Assembly (NCBI GenBank): GCA_018370025.1
Contig: JAGZBF010000005.1
Location: 22,198-86,197, forward strand
DNA: 64,000 bases
DNA from: Collinsella sp.
GTDB lineage: Bacteria; Actinomycetota; Coriobacteriia; Coriobacteriales; Coriobacteriaceae
Direction of reading: 5' to 3'
Position 1 is the first letter of the stretch. Every line of letters begins with the position of its first letter. Below, in pieces: positions 8,624 through 18,164 of the stretch. Below the pieces are notes generated by a model. That model searched no databases and was not told the origin of the DNA. It was given only the letters and a program-made list of their open reading frames with translations. The translations under genes were made by a program, and so were the position numbers.

Positions 8624-10837
8624 TTACTCGCTGTAGCGGGTGGCGATGGCAGCTCGCACCATTCCGGTACTCATAAGGTAGGTCACCAAGAAGTAGCCAC
8701 CATAGGCTGCCAGGAAGATTGCACAGGTGAGGCCCACGGTGCCGCCGATGCTCATATTTCCGAAAATGCTCACCAGCTCGATGATCACCTTAAGTGCCAC
8801 AAAGGAGTGTGCCAGGCCCACTGCCAGCGGGAACAGGAAGAATACCGCTTGCTGCGCCATCACCGAATGGCGAATCTGGCGGTCGTCGCAGCCGATCTGT
8901 GCCAGCACACGATAGCTGCGGCTGCCGTCGGCCACGTTGGAGAGTTGCTGGATCGACAGAATCGCCGCGCATGCAACGACCAATACAAAGCCGATGTAGA
9001 TGGCTAGGTAGCTAATAAGACCGTTCATTTGCGCTGCTTGCGCGTACATCTCGGAGCGTGTGATGAAGGTTCCCCACAACCCCGGCTCCTTGCCGTCAAC
9101 GAGCAGATTGTCGAGCACAGTGTATTTAATACTCTCGTCTGCCTCGGTCGTATCCACCCCCTGTTTGTAGTTAACGAGCAGGCTACTGGAATACGGCTGC
9201 AGATTAAGTTGGGACAACAGCTCGTCGGCAACGACGACGGTACCCGGATTACTGCCCATCGCCGAATTGGCGATGGCCGCCGTATCTTCGTCCGACTTAT
9301 CGGTTGCGGGCTTGAGCTCATGCCCGCCCAAGGTAAGGGCATGGCCGCCAGCCATATACTTGGTGTACATGTCGACCAGCTCGCCGCCCATATCACACGT
9401 GAGCAGATACTGGTCGTGACCGATGTGCACCGGCTCCTCGCCCATCATCTGACGCAGTTTGTTGTACTGGCTCGCCGGCGTCACAAACAGACCCATCGTA
9501 TCGGCATTGCTACCCCCGAACGCCTTGGGAAGCTTTTCGCCCATGGCCTTGCACATTTCACTTGGAGTCACCGAAGGATCCGAACCGCCAAGCGGGTAAC
9601 TCAGATACGAATCGATTTGCACATGCTCACCGGCAACATCGGCGATATCGACCTTCTTGCCGGTCTCGTCGTTGTTGTCCGCCGACTTGCCCTTGCCGTG
9701 CCATGCGGAGTACAAATCGACCGTTGTATCGGCTAGCACCATGCGGTCGGCTTCAGACGGATTGACATATTCTTTGTAGTAGTCGAGCGTATCGGGCGTG
9801 TAATAGACATACGTCTGAGACACGTCAACAGGGTTATAGCGCTCCAGGTTTTCGTTCATCACATTGGCAATCGACATACCGCACGTCACCGAGGTGATGG
9901 CCAAAAACAGGAGCATCGCGATGACGCCCATCGAAAAGCACACCGTGTTGACCTTGGCCGCAAGCTGGCGCACGGTAAACATGTTGAGGCCGCGCCAATA
10001 CACGCTGCGCAGGCTCTGCAGCAGCTTGATGAGCATGCCCGAGAGTCCCCAGAACAGGGCAAAGGTGCCCACGGTAACCATAGCGGTCGTAATACCAAAC
10101 TGGTTCATGGCCTCTTGCAGCTTGCTGTCCGTCGCGGTTAGCGGGAACCCATCACGTAGCAGACGGTAATAGGCCACGCCCACAAGCACCACGCCCACGG
10201 CAAAGATGGCAATCGCGATCCAGGGGTTGCGTGTCTTGATGCTCTCGTTGCGACGCTCGGCACCCATAAGCTCGATGAGTTTGGTACGACGCACGGCGCG
10301 AAGGTTCAGCAGTAGCGTGAGCACAAACATTACGAGCATGCAGGCAAGGGTCAGATTGAACGCATGCACCGAGAAAAAGAAGTGGAAATTGGCAATCTGT
10401 GTCTTAAAGAGCGAGGCCGTAAAGAACGTCATGAGCTGGGAGAGTCCCATACCCAGCACAATGCCGGCGACAAAGGCCACGACCGAGACGATCACGGTCT
10501 CGAGCGCCATGATCGTGGCGACGCGCCCGCGCCCCATGCCGAGCACCTGGTACAGGCCAAACTCCTTCTTGCGGCGTTTCATGATGAAGTTATTGGCATA
10601 CACCATCAAAAAGGCCATGACACCGGCCAAAAAGTACGTCAGGTCGCCGAGCATGCTGCCCATAACCTGCGCCAAGCCCTCTTCATCGATGCCGGCGATG
10701 TCGACCTGCATCGAGATGGTGTTAAAGGCATAGAAGACCGTGACGCCCAGGGTGAGCGTCAAAAGGTAGACGAGGTAGTCGCGGCCGGCGCGGCGGACGT
10801 TGCCCCAAGCGAGTTTACAGAGCATCGGAGCCCTCAC
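8624..10837 (-). CDS. BceB-type (FtsX-like) ABC permease, antimicrobial peptide resistance family
   Basis: RRKKEFGLYQVLGM motif, TM cluster, large extracellular domain, three C-terminal TM segments. Confidence 0.85.
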   Translation of the reverse strand: MRAPMLCKLAWGNVRRAGRDYLVYLLTLTLGVTVFYAFNTISMQVDIAGIDEEGLAQVMGSMLGDLTYFLAGVMAFLMVYANNFIMKRRKKEFGLYQVLGMGRGRVATIMALETVIVSVVAFVAGIVLGMGLSQLMTFFTASLFKTQIANFHFFFSVHAFNLTLACMLVMFVLTLLLNLRAVRRTKLIELMGAERRNESIKTRNPWIAIAIFAVGVVLVGVAYYRLLRDGFPLTATDSKLQEAMNQFGITTAMVTVGTFALFWGLSGMLIKLLQSLRSVYWRGLNMFTVRQLAAKVNTVCFSMGVIAMLLFLAITSVTCGMSIANVMNENLERYNPVDVSQTYVYYTPDTLDYYKEYVNPSEADRMVLADTTVDLYSAWHGKGKSADNNDETGKKVDIADVAGEHVQIDSYLSYPLGGSDPSVTPSEMCKAMGEKLPKAFGGSNADTMGLFVTPASQYNKLRQMMGEEPVHIGHDQYLLTCDMGGELVDMYTKYMAGGHALTLGGHELKPATDKSDEDTAAIANSAMGSNPGTVVVADELLSQLNLQPYSSSLLVNYKQGVDTTEADESIKYTVLDNLLVDGKEPGLWGTFITRSEMYAQAAQMNGLISYLAIYIGFVLVVACAAILSIQQLSNVADGSRSYRVLAQIGCDDRQIRHSVMAQQAVFFLFPLAVGLAHSFVALKVIIELVSIFGNMSIGGTVGLTCAIFLAAYGGYFLVTYLMSTGMVRAAIATRYSE

Positions 10838-11600
10838 CGCCCATCATGGCAACGACCTCCATAATGCGGTCGAAGAACTCTCGGCGGTCGGTGTCGCCGC
10901 GGCGCAGCTCGGTGAAGATCTTGCCGTCGCGGATAAACAGCACACGGCTCGTGTAGCTGGCGGCAAAGCTGTCGTGCGTGACCATGAGCACGGTGGCGCG
11001 CAGGCGGCGGTTGAGGGCCTCTAGGCTCTCGAGCAACAGGCGGGCGCTTTTGGAGTCGAGGGCGCCGGTAGGCTCGTCGGCCATGATCATGGTGGGGTCG
11101 GTGACGAGCGCGCGAGCCGCGGCAACGCGCTGCTGCTGGCCGCCGGACATCTGGTAGGGATACTTGTCGAGCACCTGACTGATGGACAGGCGCGCTGCCA
11201 CATCCTGCACGCGGGTCGAGATCTCTGCCGAGTTTGTGCGGGCAATGGTGAGCGGCAGGGCGATGTTCTCGCGTGCCGTGAGCGTATCGAGCAGGTTGGA
11301 GTCCTGGAAGATAAAGCCCAGCTCCTCGCGGCGGAACTGCGAAAGCTTAGCCTGCTTCATGCGTGTTACGTTCTGCCCGTTGATGCGGATCGTGCCGCTC
11401 GTGGCGCTATCGATGGTCGACACGCAGTTGAGCAACGTCGACTTGCCCGAGCCCGAAGCGCCCATGATGCCAACAAATTCACCGCGGTTGACGGTAAAGC
11501 TGACGTCGTTGAGCGCACGGGTCACGTTGCCCAGCGCTCCATATACCTTTTCGAGATGCGCGACCTCCAGTACCGGGGTCGCCATGTGCGTGGTTTGCAT
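10815..11600 (-). CDS. BceA-type ABC ATP-binding protein
   Basis: [26 protein letters not shown] and [11 protein letters not shown]. Confidence 0.9.
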   Translation of the reverse strand: MQTTHMATPVLEVAHLEKVYGALGNVTRALNDVSFTVNRGEFVGIMGASGSGKSTLLNCVSTIDSATSGTIRINGQNVTRMKQAKLSQFRREELGFIFQDSNLLDTLTARENIALPLTIARTNSAEISTRVQDVAARLSISQVLDKYPYQMSGGQQQRVAAARALVTDPTMIMADEPTGALDSKSARLLLESLEALNRRLRATVLMVTHDSFAASYTSRVLFIRDGKIFTELRRGDTDRREFFDRIMEVVAMMGGEGSDAL

Positions 11601-11673
11601 ACCGAGTCCTTTCTTGCGATTAGTCTACGGCATCTATAGTCGCAAGAAGACGAGTCGGCTACCATCGATATGG

Positions 11674-11701
11674 CTTACGCTTGCCTTACCGTTGTGTAAG
11701 G
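11674..11701. promoter_or_regulatory. Putative BceR-like response-regulator binding site
   Basis: Palindrome CCTTAC-N6-GTAAGG (11684-11701) plus an extra CTTAC half site, upstream of the bceA-like gene. Confidence 0.5.
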
Positions 11702-11747
11702 TAGGGCAGCCAGCCTGCCGCGTGTTGATATTGAGAGAGGACTCCTG

Positions 11748-12737
11748 TTGAAGACTGTTCATGTTGCCGCTGGGATCATTCGCAAGGATGGATCTGACGA
11801 GCTGCTTGCCGTGCAGCGCGGCTATGGCAACATGCAGGGACTTTGGGAGTTTCCCGGTGGCAAGCTCATGCGCGGCGAGTCGCCCGAGGACGCCGTACGC
11901 CGCGAGCTCATGGAAGAGCTGCAGGTAAAAGTCACCAACCTGCGCGATTTCTACACCGTTGAGTATGACTACCCCGATTTTCATCTCTCCATGGAGTGCT
12001 ACTACTGCTCGCTCGCCGATGAATCCGATGAGCCCCAGAAACACGACCGCCAGCTCGATATCCGCTGGATTCCGCGCACCTCGCTTGCCACGGTGGAATG
12101 GATGCCCGCCGACAAAGGGCTTATCGATGCTCTGATTGAGTTGAAGGAAGATCGGCTTGAGGCCAACGGCGCCGCCAACGACGCCGAGGCCGCCACGACC
12201 GACGAGCCCGCCACCAAACCCAAGCGCGCACCTAAGCGCCGCAGCAAAAAACGTCCCAAGCCCGGTCTGCTCGACGGCATCGACACCTCGGACCTCTCCG
12301 CCGACGAGCGTGAGCTCGTGCGCCGTCGCGCCGCCATCAAAAAGTCCATGAAGGGCAACAAGCGCGCCAACACCAAACCCGAGCTACTCGTACGACAGCG
12401 CCTGCGCGCAGCAGGCCTTACGGGCTATCGCTTGGAATGGAAGGTTCCCGGCAAGCCCGATATCGCCTTTCCCGGGCGCAAGATCGCCATCTTCGTCAAC
12501 GGCTGCTTTTGGCACCGCTGCCCCAAGTGCAACCCGAGCCAGCCCAAGCGCAACGTTGAGTTTTGGGAGGCAAAGTTCCGTCGCAACGTCGAGCGCGACC
12601 GCGCTGCCATCAACGCACTTACCCAAATGGGCTGGACGCGTATCACCATCTGGGAATGTGAGCTCAAAAAGGACCGCATCGACGCCACCATGGAAAAGGT
12701 CATCGAGCAGGTGCGCGCCGCAGAGCCGCAGCGCTAG
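11748..12737 (+). CDS. MutT-like NUDIX hydrolase fused to a Vsr (very short patch repair) endonuclease
   Basis: Nudix box GGKLMRGESPEDAVRRELMEE, a low-complexity linker, then the Vsr motifs NTKPELLVR, PGKPDI, FVNGCFWH and GWTRITIWECE. Confidence 0.85.
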   Translation: MKTVHVAAGIIRKDGSDELLAVQRGYGNMQGLWEFPGGKLMRGESPEDAVRRELMEELQVKVTNLRDFYTVEYDYPDFHLSMECYYCSLADESDEPQKHDRQLDIRWIPRTSLATVEWMPADKGLIDALIELKEDRLEANGAANDAEAATTDEPATKPKRAPKRRSKKRPKPGLLDGIDTSDLSADERELVRRRAAIKKSMKGNKRANTKPELLVRQRLRAAGLTGYRLEWKVPGKPDIAFPGRKIAIFVNGCFWHRCPKCNPSQPKRNVEFWEAKFRRNVERDRAAINALTQMGWTRITIWECELKKDRIDATMEKVIEQVRAAEPQR

Positions 12738-13284
12738 GAGCGAGCCGTCCACACGCCCCACACAGGCGAGCCACATCCACGTCACAAACCTTAGAAAGCC
12801 CTTAAGCTCAAAACCTTTCAAGAGTGTTACTCGATACCTCTGACCTGCAGTTTCATCGTAACATCAAACCAGGTTAAGCCTTTCTTTAGCGCTTCTTTGC
12901 AGCAGCCGCGGCATAATACTGCCAACGCACGGGACCTAGCAGCACACCCCGTGCGCAACCTTTTGGTGGACATCGAGGAGGCCGCATAAGCATGCATTCT
13001 TCCAATGACGCAGCACAGCAGCCATCCCTAAAACATGCAGACCTTTTCTCCTTCCCCCCGACACAGAGAAACGGCCTCCTCGACTCCCCCACCACAAAAG
13101 CAAAACGCTCAACCGATCAGAATCTCAACCTGCGAGCATCCTTCGAAAAGCTCCAAGCAGCCCTAAACAAGTCATTCCCCAACCAAGCCCGGGCATACTA
13201 GCCCCTCATCAACAAAGCGCCCCTCGCGCCCCACCCCTTTCCGCCCCAACGCCACAAGGGCGACGACCTCGAGTAGGTCAACCT

Positions 13285-13409
13285 GGGAGGGACGAGGGCT
13301 TAGTTCCCCAATCTTTCCGCAGGGGGCAAAAAGCCTCGCCGCACGAAGTGCGCAGCGAGGCTTTTTGCATGCCCGAGGACGATTGGGGAACTAAGCCCTC
13401 GTCCCTCCC
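13285..13409. repeat. 125-bp hairpin element with perfect 29-bp terminal inverted repeats
   Basis: GGGAGGGACGAGGGCTTAGTTCCCCAATC (13285-13313) and its exact reverse complement (13381-13409), with an inner stem GCAAAAAGCCTCGC/GCGAGGCTTTTTGC. Confidence 0.85.
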
Positions 13410-13442
13410 CGGGATATATAGCGAGTCGGAGTACCCTTGCTG

Positions 13443-14300
13443 TTACTCTGCTTTGCCCACGGAGTTGAGGTTGGTCATGCGGATCTTAACCAGCTCGGTG
13501 ATCTCACGCATGCCCTCCTTGGCCGGCTTCTTGGGATCGAAGCAGGCGGGGTTCTCAGCCATGTAGGCCATGAAGCCCTTGGTGTAGGCCTGACGCAGCT
13601 CGGTGGCGTAGTTAACCTTGCAGATGCCGTTCTTCACGGCCTCGGCGACCTGCTCATCGGGCACACCGGAGGTGCCGTGCAGAACCAGCGGCACGTCGAC
13701 GGCGTCGCGGATGGCCTTGACCACGGACTGCTCGATGTGCGGATCGCTCGTGTACACGCCGTGGCTGGTGCCAACGCCAATTGCGAGGGAGGTGCAGCCG
13801 GTACGCTCGACGAACTCCTTGGCCTCGGCCGGATCGGTGTAGGGGCTCTCGCCCTCAACCGCAGGACCGTCGTCCTCCTTGCCGCCAACCTTACCGAGCT
13901 CGGCCTCGACGGGCACGCCCATGGCGCGGCCAGCGTCGGCGACGGACTTGGTCAGGGCAATGTTATCCTCGAAGGACTCGTGCGAGCCGTCGATCATGAC
14001 GGAGGTGTAGCCGGTGCGGAAAGCCTGCATGCAGCGGTCATAGCCGTCGCCGTGATCGAGGTGCAGGGCAACGGGCACGGAAGCGCGCTCGGCGGCAGCC
14101 TTGACCATGCCGTAGAAGTAGTCCAGACCAGCGGTCTTGATGGTGCCCGGGGTGGTCTGCATGATGACGGGGGACTTGGTCTCCTCGGCAGCGGCCAGAA
14201 CGGCCATAACAAACTCGAGGTTCTCGACGTTGAACGCGCCAACGGCGTAATGACCGGCCTGAGCGTCCTTGAGCATCTTTTCGGTGGTAACAAGTGCCAT
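13443..14300 (-). CDS. Class II ketose-bisphosphate aldolase (probably tagatose-1,6-bisphosphate aldolase)
   Basis: ALHLDHG, SVMIDGS, VEAELG, GTSHG and LVLHG motifs. Start at MALVTT. The substrate is inferred from context: no lacD is present in the cluster. Confidence 0.85.
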   Translation of the reverse strand: MALVTTEKMLKDAQAGHYAVGAFNVENLEFVMAVLAAAEETKSPVIMQTTPGTIKTAGLDYFYGMVKAAAERASVPVALHLDHGDGYDRCMQAFRTGYTSVMIDGSHESFEDNIALTKSVADAGRAMGVPVEAELGKVGGKEDDGPAVEGESPYTDPAEAKEFVERTGCTSLAIGVGTSHGVYTSDPHIEQSVVKAIRDAVDVPLVLHGTSGVPDEQVAEAVKNGICKVNYATELRQAYTKGFMAYMAENPACFDPKKPAKEGMREITELVKIRMTNLNSVGKAE

Positions 14301-14521
14301 GAGCGTTTGCTCCTCTCCCTCGCCCGCATCTGGACATCGGGCGTAGTTGTTCACAAGGCGTTTTACCTTGCCTTTTTTCGCGCTCATTGTATGAAATTCA
14401 GCATCTTTGCATGTGCGAGATATTGAGCCCATGCAGGTCAATACAGTCGTTTTTGAAAAGTAAACGGAAGGAATTGGAGCCGAGTGGGCGTGTTCGATAT
14501 TGAATTTTGAGCGTTGAGCGT

Positions 14522-14590
14522 CTTTCTTTTATAGAAAAGATAAGTAATCGAAAGGTGTTTTCTTACTCAAAAAGAAAATGAACGAAAATA
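14522..14590. promoter_or_regulatory. AT-rich divergent promoter with candidate DeoR/AgaR-type boxes
   Basis: Repeated CTTTC/GAAA half sites between the aldolase and DeoR genes. Confidence 0.4.
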
Positions 14591-14634
14591 GAGTCAACAC
14601 AATTCCTGCAAATTTAGCCGAGAATGGAGCAAAC

Positions 14635-15438
14635 ATGGCCCAAGCTACCAACCGTGCCTTCGCCGATGAGCGTCGTGCCGCCATCATGGAGATGCTTGAG
14701 CATAACGCCTCGGTGCAGGTGGCAGAAATTGCCCAGACCTTTGGCGTGTCCTCTGTCACCGCTCGCGCCGACCTGGACGCACTCGCGGAGTCCGGCAAGC
14801 TGCGCCGCACGCATGGCGGCGCCGTATCGCTCCACAAGCGTCTGACTGTTTCCACGCAGGATCGCCGCATCAATGTCAACGTCGCCGCCAAGCAGGCCAT
14901 CGCGCAAAGCGCCATCGAGCTCGTCAATGACGGCGACACGCTGCTCGTTGACTCGGGCACCACGGCGCTCGAGTTCGTCCGGCTCCTCGATCAGCGCGAC
15001 GGCATCACCGTTATCACGGCCGACATTACCATCGCCGATTACATCGACGAAAGCATGCCCTCGGTCGATGTCGTCATGCTGGGCGGGGCGCTGCGCAAAG
15101 GTCATCGCTATCTGTACGGCCCGCTCACTATGCAAGCGCTCCAAATGGTCCACGCCGATCTTGCCGTCATGTGCCCTGGAGCTTTTGTTCCCGGCTGCGG
15201 CTTTACGACCGACTTTCCGCAGATGGCCGAGACCAAAGCGGCTATGGTCGGTGCCGCCCGTCAAAGCGTCGCCCTTATGGACGCCAGCAAGGTTAACGGA
15301 CGCGGCATGTACCGCTTTGCCGAGCTGACCGATGTCGACACCATCGTGATGGACCGTGATCCCGATGGCGCCGTCGCCACCTCAATCGCCGAGACCGTCG
15401 ACGACGCCCGCCCAAATCTCGTCATCGCCGGCGCTTAA
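14635..15438 (+). CDS. DeoR/GlpR-family transcriptional regulator
   Basis: ERRAAI..FGVSSVTARADL..RTHGGA and LVDSGTT. Confidence 0.9.
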   Translation: MAQATNRAFADERRAAIMEMLEHNASVQVAEIAQTFGVSSVTARADLDALAESGKLRRTHGGAVSLHKRLTVSTQDRRINVNVAAKQAIAQSAIELVNDGDTLLVDSGTTALEFVRLLDQRDGITVITADITIADYIDESMPSVDVVMLGGALRKGHRYLYGPLTMQALQMVHADLAVMCPGAFVPGCGFTTDFPQMAETKAAMVGAARQSVALMDASKVNGRGMYRFAELTDVDTIVMDRDPDGAVATSIAETVDDARPNLVIAGA

Positions 15439-15504
15439 ACAAAAACCACCACAAAGGTGCCTGTCCCCTTTGTGGTGGTTTTGCTCGTTAAAAGCGAAAT
15501 ATCG

Positions 15505-16665
15505 CTACTTGGAAAGCTCGTCGGCGAGGACCTCGATCTGAGCGCGCGAGGCGTCGTTGAGCGAGCCCAGCACGGTCACCTTGTTCTGCGCCAAGGTGAT
15601 GTCCTTCATGCCCTCGAGCTCCTTGGCCATAACCTTGGCAGCGGTGGGCGCCCAGGAGCCGGCCTCGACGAGTGCCACCGTACGGTTCTGATAGGCGTGC
15701 TCGGCAAGCGTATGGATAAAGGTGCTCATGAACGGGAAGATCTCACCCTGATAGGTGATGGAAGCGAGCACCAGACGGTCGTAGCGGAACGCATCCTCAA
15801 CGGCCTCGGCCATGTCGTCGCGAGCCAGGTCAAAGACGGAGACCTTCTGGCCGCGAGCCTCAAGCGCTGCGGCGAGCTCCTCGACGGCAGCCTTCAGATG
15901 GCCATACACACTCGCATAGGCGATCGTGATGCCCTCGTCCTCGGGCTGATAGCTCGACCAGGTGTTATAGGTGTCGAGGTAATAGCCCAGGTTCTCGGTC
16001 AGTACGGGGCCGTGGAGCGGACAGATGATCTGAATGTCCAGGTCGGCGGCCTTCTTGAGGACGGCCTGCACGAACTTGCCGAACTTACCGACGATGCCAA
16101 AGTAGTAACGGCGCGCTTCGCAAGCCCAGCCCTCGGGATCCTCGATGTCGTTGGCGCCAAACTTGCCAAAACCGTCGGCACTAAAGAGCACCTTGTCGGT
16201 GGACTCGTAGGAGAAGAGCACCTCGGGCCAGTGAACATTGGGGGCACCGACAAAGGTTAGGCTGTGGCCGCCCAGGTCGAGCACGTCGCCATCTTTGACG
16301 GCCATCTTGCGCTCGGGGAAGTCGGTGCCAAAGTAGTTGACCATCATACGGAAGGCGCCCATGCTGGCAACAATCTGCGCCTGGGGATAGCGCTCCATAA
16401 AGGCGGCGATGCCGGCGGAGTGATCGGGCTCCATGTGATGGACGATCAGGTAGTCGGGCGTGCGGCCATCGAGCACGGCCTCGAGGTTGCCGAGCCACTC
16501 GTCAACAAAACCGCCGTCGACTGAATCGGCGACAGCGATCTTTTCGCCCAAGATAACGTAGCTGTTGTATGCCATGCCGTTCTCGGACACATCGTACTGG
16601 CCCTCGAACAGGTCAATGTCGTGATCGTTAACGCCAATGTAGCGGATATCCTTGGTGATCTCCAT
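15505..16665 (-). CDS. fprA: Flavodiiron protein (FprA, A-type flavoprotein)
   Basis: YNSY, HHMEPDH, VHWPE, FSADGFG, PLHG and a C-terminal flavodoxin domain. Start at MEITKD behind an AGGAGG RBS. Confidence 0.88.
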   Translation of the reverse strand: MEITKDIRYIGVNDHDIDLFEGQYDVSENGMAYNSYVILGEKIAVADSVDGGFVDEWLGNLEAVLDGRTPDYLIVHHMEPDHSAGIAAFMERYPQAQIVASMGAFRMMVNYFGTDFPERKMAVKDGDVLDLGGHSLTFVGAPNVHWPEVLFSYESTDKVLFSADGFGKFGANDIEDPEGWACEARRYYFGIVGKFGKFVQAVLKKAADLDIQIICPLHGPVLTENLGYYLDTYNTWSSYQPEDEGITIAYASVYGHLKAAVEELAAALEARGQKVSVFDLARDDMAEAVEDAFRYDRLVLASITYQGEIFPFMSTFIHTLAEHAYQNRTVALVEAGSWAPTAAKVMAKELEGMKDITLAQNKVTVLGSLNDASRAQIEVLADELSK

Positions 16666-16794
16666 CAGGCAAAGCCTCCTAGATAGACAAAAGAGCCCGT
16701 CTATCATAGCACTCGTCTTCATAGCCACGGCTATCTGCCAGCATCCTTATCGATTGTTATTGAGGCGGAATATATCGCCATTGACCTGCAAAAA

Positions 16795-17826
16795 CTATGT
16801 GCGCGGAGCTGCCGTGGTATGTCGAACGATAAGCTGGCCGGGAATACGAATGGCAACGGTTTTGTCCGTTGCCCCCGCCTTGGGAACCGCGTGCTCGAAC
16901 ACCTCGCGTCCACGCTGATGCAAATCGAATCGAACGGTCGTGAGCTCGTTGTGTGCCACAAAATCATCGAGCGAATCGTCGACGCCCACCACGCTCACGT
17001 CCTCGGGCACGCGCAGACCGCTATCGCGCAGCGCTGCAATCGCGCCATTTGCCATCTGGTCGTTTGCCGCGTAAATCGCCGTCATGGTGCGATCGTGCTC
17101 GGCCAGGTACCTGCCGGCCTCGTAGCCGCTGTTGGCAGACCAGTCGCCCTCGAGCGGCTCTGCCGGCTCGATGTGTTTACGCTCGAGTGCATCCTGCCAA
17201 CCGGCGCGACGAAATTGCTCGTCGACCGAGAATGACGGGCCGCCAATATAGCGAATCTGCTCGTGCCCTAGCTCAAACAGGTGATCCATAAGCAATAGCG
17301 AGCAGCCGTAATGGTCGGAATCGACCGTGGTCACCCGCGGGTGCGCGTACATGGTAACGATGACCGTGCCAATGCCCGGCAGTGGATCAAACGTCTCAAA
17401 ATCGGGCGCCATGCGACTCATACCGATGATGATGCCGTCCACCGGCAATGCGGCCATACGACGCGTGGCCTCGGCAAGCGAAAACTCCTCGGTCTTGGAC
17501 ATCTCGACCAGCGTGATGGCGCAATTATGCTCGCGAGCAGCGCTGGCGATGCCGTCGATCATTGAGAGGTTGCCAAACTTGGTGACATCGTTGACGCACA
17601 GGCCGACCGAATGATAACGGCCGTCGCGCAGCGAGCGACCGGCATAACTCGGACGAAAGCCGAGCTTTTGCATAGCGGCCTGCACGCGCTGGCGCGTCTG
17701 CTCGTTAACGTTAGGCAAGCCGTTGGCGACGCGCGAAACCGTCTGCTGCGAAACGCCGGCAGCGCGGGCGACGTCGGCCATGGAGACCGGACGCGAACTG
17801 GTATCGTTGGACGGGCGCCTTGCCAC
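16795..17826 (-). CDS. LacI-family repressor, divergent from galKT
   Basis: MADVARAAGVSQQTVSRV HTH and VPEDVSVVGVDD. Confidence 0.92.
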   Translation of the reverse strand: MARRPSNDTSSRPVSMADVARAAGVSQQTVSRVANGLPNVNEQTRQRVQAAMQKLGFRPSYAGRSLRDGRYHSVGLCVNDVTKFGNLSMIDGIASAAREHNCAITLVEMSKTEEFSLAEATRRMAALPVDGIIIGMSRMAPDFETFDPLPGIGTVIVTMYAHPRVTTVDSDHYGCSLLLMDHLFELGHEQIRYIGGPSFSVDEQFRRAGWQDALERKHIEPAEPLEGDWSANSGYEAGRYLAEHDRTMTAIYAANDQMANGAIAALRDSGLRVPEDVSVVGVDDSLDDFVAHNELTTVRFDLHQRGREVFEHAVPKAGATDKTVAIRIPGQLIVRHTTAAPRT

Positions 17827-17918
17827 AGGATCACCTTCACCCTTGCGAGATCTGAATAGCGTGAATGCCGGCCCGGGCAGAAATACATCCCGCGCCGAGG
17901 CCCGCTATCGTCGGACGC

Positions 17919-18121
17919 ATGTTAACGTACTCTACTTTTTCTATCTGCATCTCTTCTGCTTTATAAGTCCATACGGCAGTACCGTTCACGGCTGAATTTC
18001 TACCGATTACCAGATTCTCAAAAAGTGACAAGCGATGTGTTATGAGTACGTTAACATAGCCCGTAACGTGCGGTATCGTGAACACTTGGTTCATGCCGCT
18101 TTAAGTTGTTAACGTACTCAT
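17919..18121. promoter_or_regulatory. Three LacI-type operators, consensus ATGTTAACGTACTCAT
   Basis: Copies at 17919-17932, 18042-18057 (inverted) and 18106-18121. Confidence 0.75.
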
Positions 18122-18164
18122 AACGACGCAAAACCCACCCGGGCGCGCCAAGGAAAGGACTCCC

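Noticed and set aside
12886..13201. Small ORFs between the NUDIX-Vsr gene and the aldolase
   Set aside because: No RBS, atypical codon use and no recognisable similarity.
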